Part shown: positions 1 to 13,711 of the stretch, piece after piece
Layout of the letters: each line of letters begins with the position of its first letter
How positions within the stretch are numbered: the stretch's first letter is position 1
NCBI RefSeq assembly: GCF_009914755.1
Contig: NC_060936.1
Direction: 5' to 3' (one strand)
DNA: 64,000 bases
From: the human T2T-CHM13v2.0 reference genome, Homo sapiens
Notes under the pieces: model-generated
What the model was told of the DNA's origin: nothing
The model's input: only the letters and a program-made list of their open reading frames with translations
The model's database searches: none
Made by a program: the position numbers and the translations under genes

Positions 1-201
<201 letters not shown>

Positions 202-1159
202 TTATAGCTAGCTAAGGCATGCGGGACTTCACTCCCTTTCATGGACACAGTTCTCATGCAACCCTGGTATTCCTTAGCACCTGGGAGGAAACTGATCTGT
301 AGCCACCTGAAGATGCTTTGGGGAGTGAGCCCAACCTGATCCCCAAGGGAGGCCATTAGGATGCTTCTGTCTCCCAATGGAGCTAAATAAATGACGCGTG
401 TAAACCACCTAGCACTCACCCCAATGTAGGTGATAACTCTTCTAAAAGCAATGCTAGCAAAAGCCTGATGCTGCTAAGATAAAATCCTGTAGCCACAAGA
501 ATGCCTTTCAATTCCTTTGTCTCCAGAAAAAGCAGTTCCCTGATTTCATGTGCTAACTACAGGATGATCTTAGAATCCCCAAATTAGACCTCTTTAAAAA
601 TCTCAGTATTAATCTTGCATGTGCTTAGGCCTAAACAAGATGGAGATAGCAGGTGAATAATCATTACATTGAAGCTAAGAGTTTTGAGGATTCTACAAGG
701 AAGATAATTATTACTTGCTATTATAGGCATTGAGATTTCTGGATTCTCATTTCTGATAGCTAACAGCCATCATCATAATGTGGTGTGAATTTTGGACACT
801 TAGAACCTATTTTTAAGGCCTACTTTAAACATTGAAAATAAGAATATACCATGCAACAGATTTGCGAACTACTGCCAAAGGAAATATAATCCATTCTTTA
901 GAGACAAGAAATAAATTAGTCAAGTTCACTTTACGGATACCATACAATCTATGAAGACACATTCTCCTTTTTATTTTTCTGTGAAATTCCAAGGATATTC
1001 TGTCACTTGACTAGATAAAGCCCAATTTCCAACCATTACCTTTTTTAAAACCATGTTCTAAATTCTTCACAACTTTGGGCCTACCTGTCTCTGTTTATTC
1101 TCAATTTTAAAATGTCACTGAAATGCTAAACATCAGCACTGGAAAGAACAGTTAGAAAC

Positions 1160-1275
1160 TTGTAGTCTCATCCTTTCATTTCATAAATGAAACAGAGACT
1201 TAGAGAAGTGAAATTTCATTAGGTTAGGTAATGGCAAAACTGGAATGAAAACCCAGACTTCCTGCCCCCAGTCCA
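1160..1275 (-). mobile_element. MIR fragment
   Basis: CATTTCATAAATGAAACAGAGACTTAGAGAAGTGAA...CCCAGACTTCCTG resembles the reverse MIR core. Confidence 0.6.
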
Positions 1276-1687
1276 ACAAAATTCAGATCCAAATATTACA
1301 AATGACACGTGATCTTCTCTGAGATATGACTTGCTGCTGCAAGATTCCAGGCAGAGAGCATCAAACGCAGCTACAAGGAAAAGGAACAGGGCAGGAAAGA
1401 GGAAGATTTGGGATCTCTGAGGCAAGCCTTCTATGCTTCCTCTAAATATTGGCTCTGGGACAAAGCCACGTTGTGCTACCCAAGAAATGGCTCTGAAAGT
1501 TCAAATATTGAGGTAGGAGTTTTCTTACGTCCATGTGTGATACCATGGAAGTTATTACAATTAAACCTAATGGGAGTAGATATTAATCCTTAAGAAAAAT
1601 ATTTTTTGAAGGCAAGTTTCCTGAAGCATTGTGATATAGACTTAGGCTGCGCTTATAAATTAATGCAGATCTGATGGCTGTCACTAC

Positions 1688-1830
1688 TCATCCATTCATT
1701 TATTTCCTCACTGATTTATCCAGCAAATATGTATTGAGTGCCTAGGACATGTCAGGTCATAAAGTGGTGAGCAGGAGAGACACAGCCCGGGCTCCCGAGA
1801 ACTTATAATTTAGTGGCCATGGCAGACACT
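1688..1830 (-). mobile_element. L2 3' end fragment
   Basis: CATCCATTCATTTATT...CAGCAAATATGTATTGAGTGCCT is the typical reverse L2 terminus. Confidence 0.65.
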
Positions 1831-1967
1831 GAACAAGCATTTATAATCAATTATGGAGGGGCACACCACAGAGCTTCACCAGGAGCTAAAACCCTGGATA
1901 GACATTCTAGCTCAGTGCATCTTGTGGATGGTATTTTGAGGAGTGGTGGGGCATTTGGGGTTGTTAG

Positions 1968-2666
<699 letters not shown>

Positions 2667-3907
2667 TCTAACTCTGTTTTAAAGATCTACATGAAGTATC
2701 TTTTGCACAGCTTTGACATATACTGAATATTCAAAGAATGCATCTAATGTAGAAGAACATATTTTGTTTTGATCAAAACTTAAGAACGCAGTTCACAATT
2801 TTATAAAAGCATGTCAACAATGGCAATACTGCCAGTAAAACATAATTACTGGCATTTCTATCAGGCTACATTTAGAGCTCTCTCAGCCATGAGGATTAAG
2901 TAAAATTACTCTTCTTTTATTACTCTGTGAATAAAGGTAGATTATTTTATCTATGAATTTGATTCCTGATTGGTTTGTGAAAGCAAGTGAACAGACATCA
3001 ATAATAGACAGAAAATTGTACTCTTCCTCCTCTCTGCTGTCTAAAATTGCCTTTGATGATGTCCCACAACTGACAATGTTTGTGGCTCTGCCGGCTAACT
3101 TGTTACTTGGTTAGGTAAAGCAGAGGTGCTTTTCTCCTATTTCAATGACTCTGGCTTGAGAAGATGACAGATGGAGGAGAAAACCAGAAGCCTGAAGGGA
3201 TGTAGATGGTGTGACTGCCCACTCCTATGTCATCTTCAGGCTGCACCATCCTAAAAACATGTATCAACCTAGATTTTGGATAACTAGAAGACTACACTCA
3301 GAAAGGATTTAGTGTGAAAAAGATACACTATGGAGCTAAAGCCACAAGAAAGAGTCCCAAGATGCCAACTGATGGCAGTGAATGCAGGGAGAGCCAGGAG
3401 GTGGGTGGAGGAAGGCATTTCTCTGGTTCTACCCACTACTCCAGTCTTCTGGCTGAGGCGATGCAGGAAAGAGTCTGAGTTCACAATGTATGTAAGTTCT
3501 GGACTGTAGGCTTAATAATACTCAGAGGGTCCCCGTGTTTCTCAGAAGCCTCCTGGAAGTTCAGCAGCCTCATGTGCCATAATGTTCATAGACATTTTTA
3601 TGATAACCTCTTATGTCCTAACCTTCTGAGAAACAAGGGTGTAGGCAGCTGGACAGCTGGCAGACAATGACCTTTCTAACAGATGGAGAAGGGTAGAAAA
3701 CGTTGGTGACTTAATTTTATTCTTTTTGCTCTGAACACTCAGATACGCTAGATAAGCAAGGGTAGAGGAGGGTCCTTGGAAGGAGGACATAACACAAGCA
3801 GGAGGCCCTCCCTGGAATCCTCAACTACACTCGAAGACAAGGCAGACTTGGCCTGTGAGAAATAACCTCTGCACGAATTAACTGAACTCCCTATGGCTTA
3901 CACTTAC

Positions 3908-4078
3908 CAAAGCCAGCATGCTTCTTTCTTAGATGTCTTAGAAGAGTTGTTGTTGTTTTTGTTTTTGTTTTTGTTTTTGCAATCTCAAGTCTTAAGAACA
4001 GAAGCCTCTTCTGGTTACAGAGCTGGAGTTTGCGATTGGCGCATTCTTCAGATAACATTAGTGGGACTCCTGCCACTG
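3908..4078 (-). other. Candidate internal exon (171 nt) of a minus-strand, probably non-coding transcript
   Basis: Minus strand: branch-like GCTGAT, acceptor TTTTCCTTTTACAG|CAG, donor TTTG|GTAAGT. Unique DNA apart from an internal microsatellite. Confidence 0.45.
3947..3979 (+). repeat. (GTT)n/(GTTTTT)n microsatellite
   Basis: Read directly from the sequence. Confidence 0.9.
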
Positions 4079-5888
4079 CTGTAAAAGGAAAACTGTAGCA
4101 TGACCACATGTATCAGCTAGGATTTTTGACTCTTGGGAAGTAGACCCCATGTGTGAGGTTAGCTATCCTGGTAGCTGGGATGAGATGACCAACTTGTTTT
4201 TCCAAGGCCTCCAAATTGTCTCAATTGGCAACTAATTTTAGTCAAAATGAACTTATTCCAGATTTGAACCAAGGACTGAGAAGAGCAAGGCTGAATATCC
4301 CATTTCAACAGCTATCCAGATTCTCCATAATACTGTATATTGAATCCTTATAATAAGCTGCTTTGTGAGTCTTGGTGCTGGTTCAGTATTTTCATTGCAG
4401 TGATTACCCTATGGTCTGTTGGCCAGCTGAAGCTGGAGTACTCTTTCTCTTGACACTTTTCCATAACATCTCTCATCGGCCCAGTGAAACTTGTTGTTAA
4501 GGGCAGAGTTAATCTATTGCAGTCTGCCTTGCCGCATTATGCCAAGAAGCTTGGTGTATTTCTTTCAGTTATTTCCATAAGGACAATTCACTTCTTTGGA
4601 AGAGTTTTAGCTCCATCGAGTTAGTAAACAATGCATCTACAAAGAACGCTCTTGAAAACAGTCTCCCCACCCCATCCTAAAAGTGGGGTCCCTATTGACT
4701 AAACTGACACCAAAATGGAGGCACTATTCTACATACTGGATTTCAATATGTGTATGCATATGAGTATTTAAATATTTGTATTGTTCCAAAAGGAATTTGT
4801 AGAAACTTTTAAAAAAGGAACTAGAACATCCTTCAGTGATGTTGCTTCCTAATTCCAATTCATGTCTACCGACTGCCACTCCTACTACTTGCTTATAGCT
4901 TGTAACTGTGCCAGGCACTGGCAATACAGAGATGATTAAGGTGATTCCATGCTAGTAGGAAAGAAAAACAAATAAATAAACTAGATTTCTGTGTGATACA
5001 TGTAGAGGAGCCAAAAACCTCAACATTACCAATCACTGCTAAGAGAGCCCAGCTGATTTTGCTTTAAATACTAGGGCTGGGGAAGTAAACACATTTGTCA
5101 GCAGCTGGACAGCCAGAGTGTCCCAGATGAGGGATATGCAGTGAAGCTCTCACCCAGCAGGAATGAACTCTGGGACGACACCTCTGCTGACACCCCTGGC
5201 CCCGTCTATCCCACCCTCCATCTAGTTTGCCCCCTCACCCTTGTATTTTCTCTAGCTGCTCACTTACGGTGCTTTCACCATTGTGATTTTTTTCCTTGGC
5301 TCTATTGTGATTCCCTGGCATAAGCCACATCTGGCATCTTCTCTCTTGGACCCTGTCTCAAGAACAACATTCAGTCCCCTGGCTTAGCATTCTCCCCTCC
5401 ACCAAGTATCGAGGGTTCTACCCCAGGCTGTCCTCCCTCCACCTGATCCATTGTCTCTGGGCTTCAGGAGTAGGTGCCAGTTCAGTTCCAGCCACACCCC
5501 CACTCAGTTCTCAGTAGGGCCAAGGGTTTTTTTGCTTTGTTTTGTTTATTCCCTCCTTAGGTCCCACCCTTACCCTCTTCCTGCCATTTTGATAGAAAGT
5601 CCAGTCCTTTAACAAACTGAAAAACATATTAAAGGCCAAAGTCTGGATCAAAAATTAAAATAAAACATAACTAAAACCTAGAACACGTTTACTTTTTTTT
5701 ACAGGACTTGTGCCTTTTCCCCCCATCCCCCAGAGTGATAAGTGTTACTGGTGTAGCAGAACATGAGAATCATAAGGCCAAAAAGAGGCTGCTGAGGGGA
5801 GTGTCTGAACCATACAACGTTCCCGTACCCAGAAGAGGCTTCCATTTGCTAGAGATCTTGTGGCTTGTGCTTTTAGGACATTTTATAC

Positions 5889-8190
5889 CAGTATTATCAA
5901 CAGAAATATGATGTTAGTCACATGTATAATTTTATTTTCTAATAACTACATTAAAAAAAGTAAAACAAAAAAATAAAATTATTTTAAATATTTTATTTAA
6001 CTGAAAACATTCTCATTGCAAAATACTACATAAAATTGTTACTGAAACAATTTACATTGTTTTCTTTTCATACTAAGCCTTAGAAATGTCAACCCAGATG
6101 CTAAATTTTCAACAAAGTTTAATATAGAACTACCAAAGGAAGTGCTATTAACAAAATAGTGGAATAGAAAGTCTGAGCCCTTGGTTCCTCCACCAAAAAC
6201 ACCAATTTGGCAACAGTATACAAACCAAAATGCATGTGTGAGAGGTCTAGAATTCACTTAAGCAATTGCAGTACCCCAGATGAGCATAAAACTGGGAATA
6301 AACCACATTAAAATGAATAAGAAGAGCAAATTAACTTTACTCGTGTTAGCCCATCTCCCAAGGCTGCACAGCTTAGTGCTGAGACAGAGATTTCTTTGGT
6401 CCATGACTTCTCCCTGAGGAAAGAATCAGAATGAAACATAATCCATTGTTCCTAGCCTTTTGTACTGCTGCTTGAGGGACCAGTTTCTGTTTTACCTCAC
6501 CTGGAATGCTGATGGGACTGGCAGACTTTGAATACCTGGGGACAGCTAAGAACAAAGGCAAGGGACAGGCAGCTTACCACAGCCTGCATATTTCAGCAAG
6601 ATTTGGTGAAGGCACACAAATAAAATTTATCCTCAGGGAGGGAGGAAGAGGAATAGAGTATGCCTCCAATGACCTGGCTCATGGTACAACAGTCAGACAA
6701 CAGAGGGTGCAAGACATTATTGGCTTTTGAAAAAAATGAAATACATAGTAACTCTCTCCCTCCCCCAGTTAGGTATCTACACATGCAAATCCAGAGAAGA
6801 CATATCATAGAAAAGATCTGAAAGGCTCCCAGAATCTTTAGCCACAATAATTGATGAAATTCTTTCCCTGTAGAGGCCAGTCCATAAAAAAAGGGAGAGG
6901 TGGCAGTTTCTTCAAATGCGCAGATACTAACAGAAAGCCACAGGAACATGAAGAATTGGGGAAACATGACCCACTCAAAGAAACAAAATTCAAAGTAATT
7001 GTCTTAAAGAAGCTCAGTGACTTAGTTTATAATACAGACAGACAACTGCCTGAAATCAGGAAAATAATACATGAACAAAACTAGAATATCAACAATGAGA
7101 AACTATAACAAAGAACCAAACAAAAATTCTGAAGCAAAAGAATAGAATCACTGAACTGAAAAATTCACCAGAGGTCTTCAACAGCATATTTGACTAAACA
7201 GAAGAGAGAAACAGTGAAATCAAAGAATCAAAGACAAGTCATTTAAAATTATCCAGAAGACCAAAAAAAGAAAAGAAAAGAATAAGAACCAAACACATTA
7301 TGGAAGTTCAAGAAAGGGAAGAGAAAAAGGAGCAGAATGCTTATTTAAAGAAATAATGGTGGAAATGGTCATCCGAGATTCATGAAGCTTAACAGACACA
7401 AATACGAGGAATCCAAAGAAGTCTATGCCAAGAAACATAATTAAATTATCAAAAATCATAGACCAAGACACATGATTAAATTGTCAAAAGTCAAAGACAA
7501 TGAGAGAATTTTGAAAGCAGCAAGAAACAAGCAGCTCATTGTGTATAAAGTAGCCCTGTAAGACTATCAGTGGATTTCTCAGCAGAAACTTTGCAGTGGG
7601 AAGGAGATGGAATTATATTTTCAAAGTGTTGGGGGAATAAAAATGTTACCAACCAAGAATACTACACCCAGCACAGCTATCCTTCAGAAGGAGGGAGAAA
7701 TAAAGACTTTCTTAGACAAATGCTGAGGGAGTTTATTACCACTAGATTTGCCTTACAAGAAATGTTAAAGGGAGTTCTTCAAATTAAAATGAAAGGACAC
7801 TAAACAGCCACATCAGAGCATATGAAATTATAAAAGTTACTGGACAAGATACGTATATAAACAAATATAGAATAGTATTATATTGGTGATATGTAAACCA
7901 CTTTTAATTCTAGTGTAAAAGACAAAAGTATTGAAATTACTGTAATTATTAATACACAATATAAAAATTGTTTAAAAATTTGTGTAAATTGTGACAACAA
8001 TAACATAAATGTATGTGTGAAGTAAAAGTATAGTTCTGCCAAAACAAATTTGTGTTTAATAAAAATAATTTACATTGCTTCAACTTTTTAAAAATTAAAA
8101 CAGTACAAAGCATTTCTCAGTTTCACTAGCCATATTTCAAGTACTCAATATCCCACATGTGGCTAACAGCTAACATATTGGACAGCACAG
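5889..8190 (+). mobile_element. hAT-Charlie element (Charlie1/MER33-like) split by an L1 insertion
   Basis: 5' part CAGTATTATCAACAGAAATATGATG...(5889-~6120). 3' part ...CTAGCCATATTTCAAGTACTCAATATCCCACATGTGGCTAACAGCTAACATATTGGACAGCACAG (~8040-8190). 8-bp TSD TTTTATAC (5881-5888) / CTTTATAC (8191-8198). Confidence 0.8.
6138..8026 (+). mobile_element. Old L1 (L1M-type): 5'UTR, ORF1 remnant and inter-ORF region; no ORF2 or 3' end
   Basis: Degenerate L1 5' start (CAAAATAGTGGAATAG). ORF1p-like peptides FKVIVLKKLS...DRQLPEIRKIIHEQN (6851-7084) and DFSAETLQ...LREFITTRFALQEMLKGVL (7570-7803). Confidence 0.85.
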
Positions 8191-8559
8191 CTTTATACAA
8201 AAAGTGCTTATTCATAAGCTTTACCTCACATCAGGTCAGCAAAATTTGGAAACTATTTTCCCCAGTGAGCCAACAACAGTCATTGAATGGGAAGAAGGGA
8301 AACAGGTCCCACTTACACTCTCTTGGTCTTTCAAAGGCCCCACAAATGACATCAATTGGCAAATTATTTCCTGTAATTTCAAACTTTTCTTCTTAAGCTT
8401 AAATTTTTTCAGAGAAGAAAAAAACCTCAAATACAACACAGATGGCATTTACTAGTAAAATATAAATTTTCTTTACCCATAAACTTCCCATTTTGAGACT
8501 TTGCTAAGAAAATGAAAACTATAATTCATGTTAAATATTTGTGTAATAGTTAAAAAATA

Positions 8560-9440
8560 AGAAATAAAACTTTAAATTGAAATCCAGCAAATAGAAAAAA
8601 TAGATCCAAGAAAACACCCTATTCCATTGGAAGACAGAAAGAGGAAGATACAAGTAGAAGAAACAAGGAAAAAGTATGGTAAAAAAAACAACAAAAAAAG
8701 ATGAAAGAAATAGGTTAAAATTTATTATGAATCATAATAAATGCAAAAGGGATAAACTTTTCTTTTAAAGTGGGAAACCCCAGATTTTAAACAAATCTAG
8801 CTCTATGCTCTTTATGAGACCCACTTAAGATGAAATGATGCTAAAAGGATGGATAAGGATATAGCAGACATACTCACTGTCTACCAAAAAACTAATGTTA
8901 GCAATATTATATCCATTGAATTTAAAATTTGGCTGTTATACAGGATTTAAGCATAATGAATTATTACTACGTGTAGCAATAAGAATAGATCTCAAAAATA
9001 TAATAGTTCATGAATTAAGCAAGTTGCATAACAAATGAACAACATATGATTTACATATAATTTAAAAATATGCACAAAGCAATAACATGGTTATTCTGTG
9101 GATATGTACACAAATATTTACAAGTAATTTTTTAAAGATGTGAAGGCTATACACTAATTTATAGTAGTGATTACATTGCAGAAATGGGGAATCTTGAAAA
9201 GGAGACACAGGCTAAAGAAAATTTCTATTTCATCAGTAACTTTTTTATTTTTTTATTTTATTTTAAGAAAATGATGTATTCATATACTTCTGTGATTTCC
9301 TTTAACATATATTCATGGGGAAAAAAACCTGAGAGCAAATAAAGCAAAATATTAAGAGTATTTAATTGTCAATAGTGGGAGTAAGAATGTCTGTCATTTA
9401 ATTCCTTGTACTTCTCTGTGTTTTTTAAATTTTCAGAAGG
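8560..9440 (+). mobile_element. Degenerate L1ME-type fragments
   Basis: ORF2-start-like (ATAATAAATGCAAAAGGGATAAAC...CTATGCTCTTTATGAGAC) and 3'-end-like (GAATAGATCTCAAAAATATAAT...AAGCAAGTTGCA) sequence. Confidence 0.5.
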
Positions 9441-10739
9441 AAAAAAGAGGAGAGGGAGGAAAAGATCAAGGGATGGGGAGAAAATGACATAAGTAAATGA
9501 TCTGTCCAGCTGTTATATTTTATAATTAAAAAATAGACAAAGCACAGAAACTAAACCTAGAAAGTCAAGAAAACCTTGGAAGTGTCACAATTGGTTACAG
9601 AAGTGAAATTGTCCAACCTTTTCTATCATTGCTTGTCTAAGGTAACCAATGCTTTCAGTACTTAATAAAACAATGCCAACATTTTTGGCTGTTTTAAATG
9701 TTTCTTAATGTTCTTATTCAAAGCCATGTGTTTAATTTTAAAAATCTTCAATATTTTAAGTTGCCAATCTGTTGCTGCTTTCAGATTTCAAAGAACCAGG
9801 GGAATAATATTTTATAAGCCTATAAAATGTTAAAAGTCTTTACCATTTAATTATATTACACAAAGTTATGGCTCCTAGCTTAATAGCTGCTGTATTAAAG
9901 AAAAGTAGGTTTTGGTAAAGACCAGAGTGGCCCAGTAAAGCAAGCACTACTACATTTTATTGCTTCATGTAACTTTACTTACAAGATATATTTGCAATAA
10001 ACCTTGTGTAAGTTTTCATGACCATGTGGATAGGTAAATCTGAGAAAGTGGTTAAAGCTATCCTGTTTTAAATATTAGAAGTATATTGCTATGTTCTAGC
10101 TCATCAGCTAGAATACTCTGTAAACTTTGAAATCATTTATCAATTCCACTTAAAAAAAGAAACCATTACACATGGGTTTTCACCAAAGGCTTAAGATAAT
10201 TGGTGTCCAACAGTATAACAGCTTTCCACATTATTCTTTTCATATGCTATCCCAAAACTATTACCTTCTTTTGGACAGGATATTTGAATCAGTCAGTCAA
10301 GTATTTATTAAGCAGCTACTGATTTTGTCCTTCCTTTTACCTCACGGAATCATTTTATTCCTTGATTGTATGTGTGTGCATGTGTGTGTGTGTACAGTCC
10401 TAAATTCTTTCAGAGGAAAGCTTTGTTTCTTAAGTTTAAAGCCTCTGTAGAAAATGAGTCTTTGAAGGCACGTTTTACTTCTTGGTTTCTGTAAGCATCA
10501 TTGAAATGAGATTTAAAAAGTACAAAATAGTATAAAATAACACTAAATAAATACAAAATAGAGAAAATCCATAACAATTTGAGACTAGGTTAGAATCATC
10601 AGAAGACAGGACAAGAATTTCTGGAGTACAAAAAGCAGGTAGATAATGGGGAAGTGTTGACTGAAACAAGACTGTCTCCTTCAACTAAGGTAAAATCCGG
10701 TTCCTTAATTGAACCCTAAATGAATTCTAAGTTTCATAT

Positions 10740-11319
10740 TGAAGGATCTCAGGGAATGTTACCTCAAAATATAACACTTTAGTATGCTGATTACTTTGAA
10801 CTGAGTCCTATGGGGAAGAGCAGATGCAGGCAGAGGCTTTCTCTGAGCTCCCCTTATCTCCCTAGAGAGAGATCCTCTAAAGGATCTCAATGGTCATGAA
10901 TCTCCCTCCCAGAAACTTACCAACTCAGATCACAGGAGAGGAGACTAGAGGTTGACCTTACACCCAGACTAGCACTTCTCCTTCTGAGGGCTGCTTCTAG
11001 CCGATCTGTATTATCTGAGAGACTTTTTATCTGTATATCAAGACCTTTATTCACCTTATAATTCCTCCTCTGACTCTCCCATAACTTGTGCCACCCCCTG
11101 CCAAGAATCCCCAAGCCTCTATTATTTTCTGTAGCTCAGGATGCTGTATAAGCTTCAATATGAGACCCTCTTGGCGTGTCATATTTTGTGGGACTCTCGT
11201 GCATATGTATATAATTAAATATAGTTTTTCTCCTGTTAATGTATCTAATGTCCATTTAATTTGTAGCCCAGCCAAGGAAACTAAAAGGGTAGAGGAAAGC
11301 CATTTTCCACTCTCCTACA
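10740..11319 (+). mobile_element. ERV1 solo LTR, MER34/MER39-like
   Basis: TG...CA ends (TGAAGGATCTCAG...CTCTCCTACA). CCTCAAAATATAACACTTTAGTATGCTGATTACTTTGAACTGA motif. TATA-like TATAAG and ATTAAA. 4-bp flanks ATAT/GTAT. Confidence 0.8.
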
Positions 11320-11699
11320 GTATTAGAGAGCAAACAAAGCAGGAGTATAAAATTTGGTGTAGATTGGGTATTAATTGCAGATCTGCTATGGAACATCTGA
11401 TCTGCCTAACCTTCCACTATTCTCTTCTCCCACCTCTGCATTTACAGGGCAACTGACAGTGGCAGTGTATATCCACAGGTCATAACTAAAGAAATGCTCT
11501 GAAGAAGTTAATCAAGCTTCCTAGAAATAACCAGTTCTTAGGTATGAATGTGCACATGCCATAGCAAATCTATCTTCAGTTTGGCAGATGATGGCCACTC
11601 TACCGTTCCCCGGTGCAGCCAGTTGTGAAGTCTGACCCATGCACACAGCTCAAGAACAGCCCTCCACTCAGCAGGGAGGTCTGCTGGGAAAGCAGACTA

Positions 11700-12900
11700 C
11701 AAATCAGCACAAGCTACTAATATCGATCAATCAAATGCCTTTATGCCAAACATAAATGGGCAACCAAGAGAGGTGAGGAAAGCCAACAGTACACAAGAGA
11801 GGGCACACAGCATTTAATCATGAGGAAAGTAAAGATAACTCAGGAAACTGAAGATAAGTTTTTAATAAATTAGGAAATCCAAGAACAAAGAGATTTATTC
11901 AAATTGAAAACTAGAATTTTCATAGTTTTCAATAGGAGGCTGGATGAACACTTTTCAGAATGTAGACCAAAAAGAAAAGAGAAGAAAATTAATATAAACA
12001 TACAGAGACGTAGAAGATTAATTCAGGAGACCAAACATCTATGAGAGGTTCCAGAATCTAAGAACAGAGAAAATAGAGGGGAGGAAATAATTTTAACACT
12101 TTTTGAAGAAATTTCTTCTTCTCCTGGGCTGGACAAAGGCATGAATCTTTTTATTGAAAGATAGCACACTATACCAAACAGAAATTAAAGAAAAATATAT
12201 TCATATTTGTACATAGACTACAGAGGTTTTAAAACACCAATGACAAAATCTACAGAGTAGAAAAAAATGAAACAGGTAATATAAATTTCTTTTCAGAAAC
12301 ATTGCATGCTCAAACTAGTGATGCGATGGCTTCATAATTCTGAGAGAAAATTATGTTGAACTTAGCATTCCATACCCAATGAAATCATCAATCACTAAAA
12401 GACAAAACAATGACCTATTCAAATAGGTCTGAGAAAATGTTGCTTTCTCCTTTCTGTAAAATTTTCCTTGGAAATGTACTACTGCAAAACCAAAAAGGTA
12501 TCCAAGAACAGGAAGATGTGTGTGTCAAGAGAAGTATTATAAAAAGAATTCTTAGAATGATTATTATGCAGCAGGCCTAGAAAGCAACCACTCAAAATCA
12601 GAATAGGCAGCCAGAGGGTTCTAAGTAGGATGTCTTCAAGAGGAAAGTGAAATTACTGTATGTTTACATACAGTCATGTATGTAAACCATTAAAAATAGA
12701 AAAAGGCGCAGAAACTAAACTTAGAAAGTGAGGAAGCATGTTTAGGAAGCTCGGTGTGCTTAGTGATTACTACATGCATAGTATTATCCTGACAACTACA
12801 AAAAGAGAGAATGAAACACAGAAAGAAAGAAAATTAGAAATGCTAAAGAATCTGTAAAAGGAAGTTATAATGTAAGTATAAAGCAAATGAAAAAGGCATA
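11700..12900 (+). mobile_element. HAL1-like (ORF1-only L1 derivative) remnant; may extend left to ~10590 across the LTR
   Basis: Degenerate ORF1-like A-rich sequence (GAGAGGTTCCAGAA...AGAACAGAGAAAATAGAGGGGAGGAAATAAT) and a HAL1-type 3' motif GCAGCAGGCCTAGAAAGCAACCA...GAGGGTTCT...GATGTCTTCAAG. Confidence 0.6.
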
Positions 12901-13460
12901 ATTTTCAGCAAATAATGAAATACGATAATTTTTTTTGAATTTAAATGTTTGAGATAGTTTCTCTCAAAAAGTCCAGTTTTTGTGTCACAGGATTACGTTC
13001 TTTCCCCCATGTTTCATCTTATACATGATGTATTTCTGCAGCCTTTAATGTTTACATAATCTTAATATTACCAATGCTGTTTATGGGTCCTCAGCTTTTA
13101 AAATCATTTCATTGACATATCATGGAAGACAATTATAGATTCTGAGAGCAACATATACCTTACCAAGTTTGATAATTTCAGAGTACTGATACAGCTCATA
13201 TAAATTCAGATAGCAGAGCTGGAAGGAAAATGAGAAGGCATGTAAGGACTCTCGTTTTTAAATTTTATATCTAACTTTCTTGAGAAGTAGAAATAGAGGC
13301 TTCAGTAAATTATCTAAAGATAGAAAGGCAACCCCAAAAAACTAAAAATATAACTAAAAAATATCAGTAGACATAGAGGAGAAAGGCAGTAACTTGGGCG
13401 AGCTGAATTTGTACCTTTCAAACTGGGTTGAGGTTATGTGGAGGGATGGAGATGGCAAAG

Positions 13461-13586
13461 CAAAGCAGGATTAATGCTGTAATTAATCCTCAAAACTATG
13501 AAACTTATGAAACCCTAAACCACGAAACTAATGAAACTTAAGCTTCAGGGGTCCTTACTTGTCCAGGCCCCTTCCAAGGCCTGGAA

Positions 13587-13633
<47 letters not shown>

Positions 13634-13711
13634 GTCATTTGAATTATGTTCCTTTAAGACTCTCATAGAGTGAATACCCTTCAAGCTCCACAAAACCTAC
13701 ACCTGGCCCTG
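13461..13711 (+). mobile_element. MER53-like hAT MITE containing an (AC)n tract
   Basis: GAAACTAATGAAACTTAAGCTTCAGGGGTCCTTACTTGTCCAGGCCCCTTCCAAGGCC and 3' end CCACAAAACCTACACCTGGCCCTG. Confidence 0.7.
13589..13629 (+). repeat. (AC)20 microsatellite
   Basis: Perfect dinucleotide run. Confidence 0.97.
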
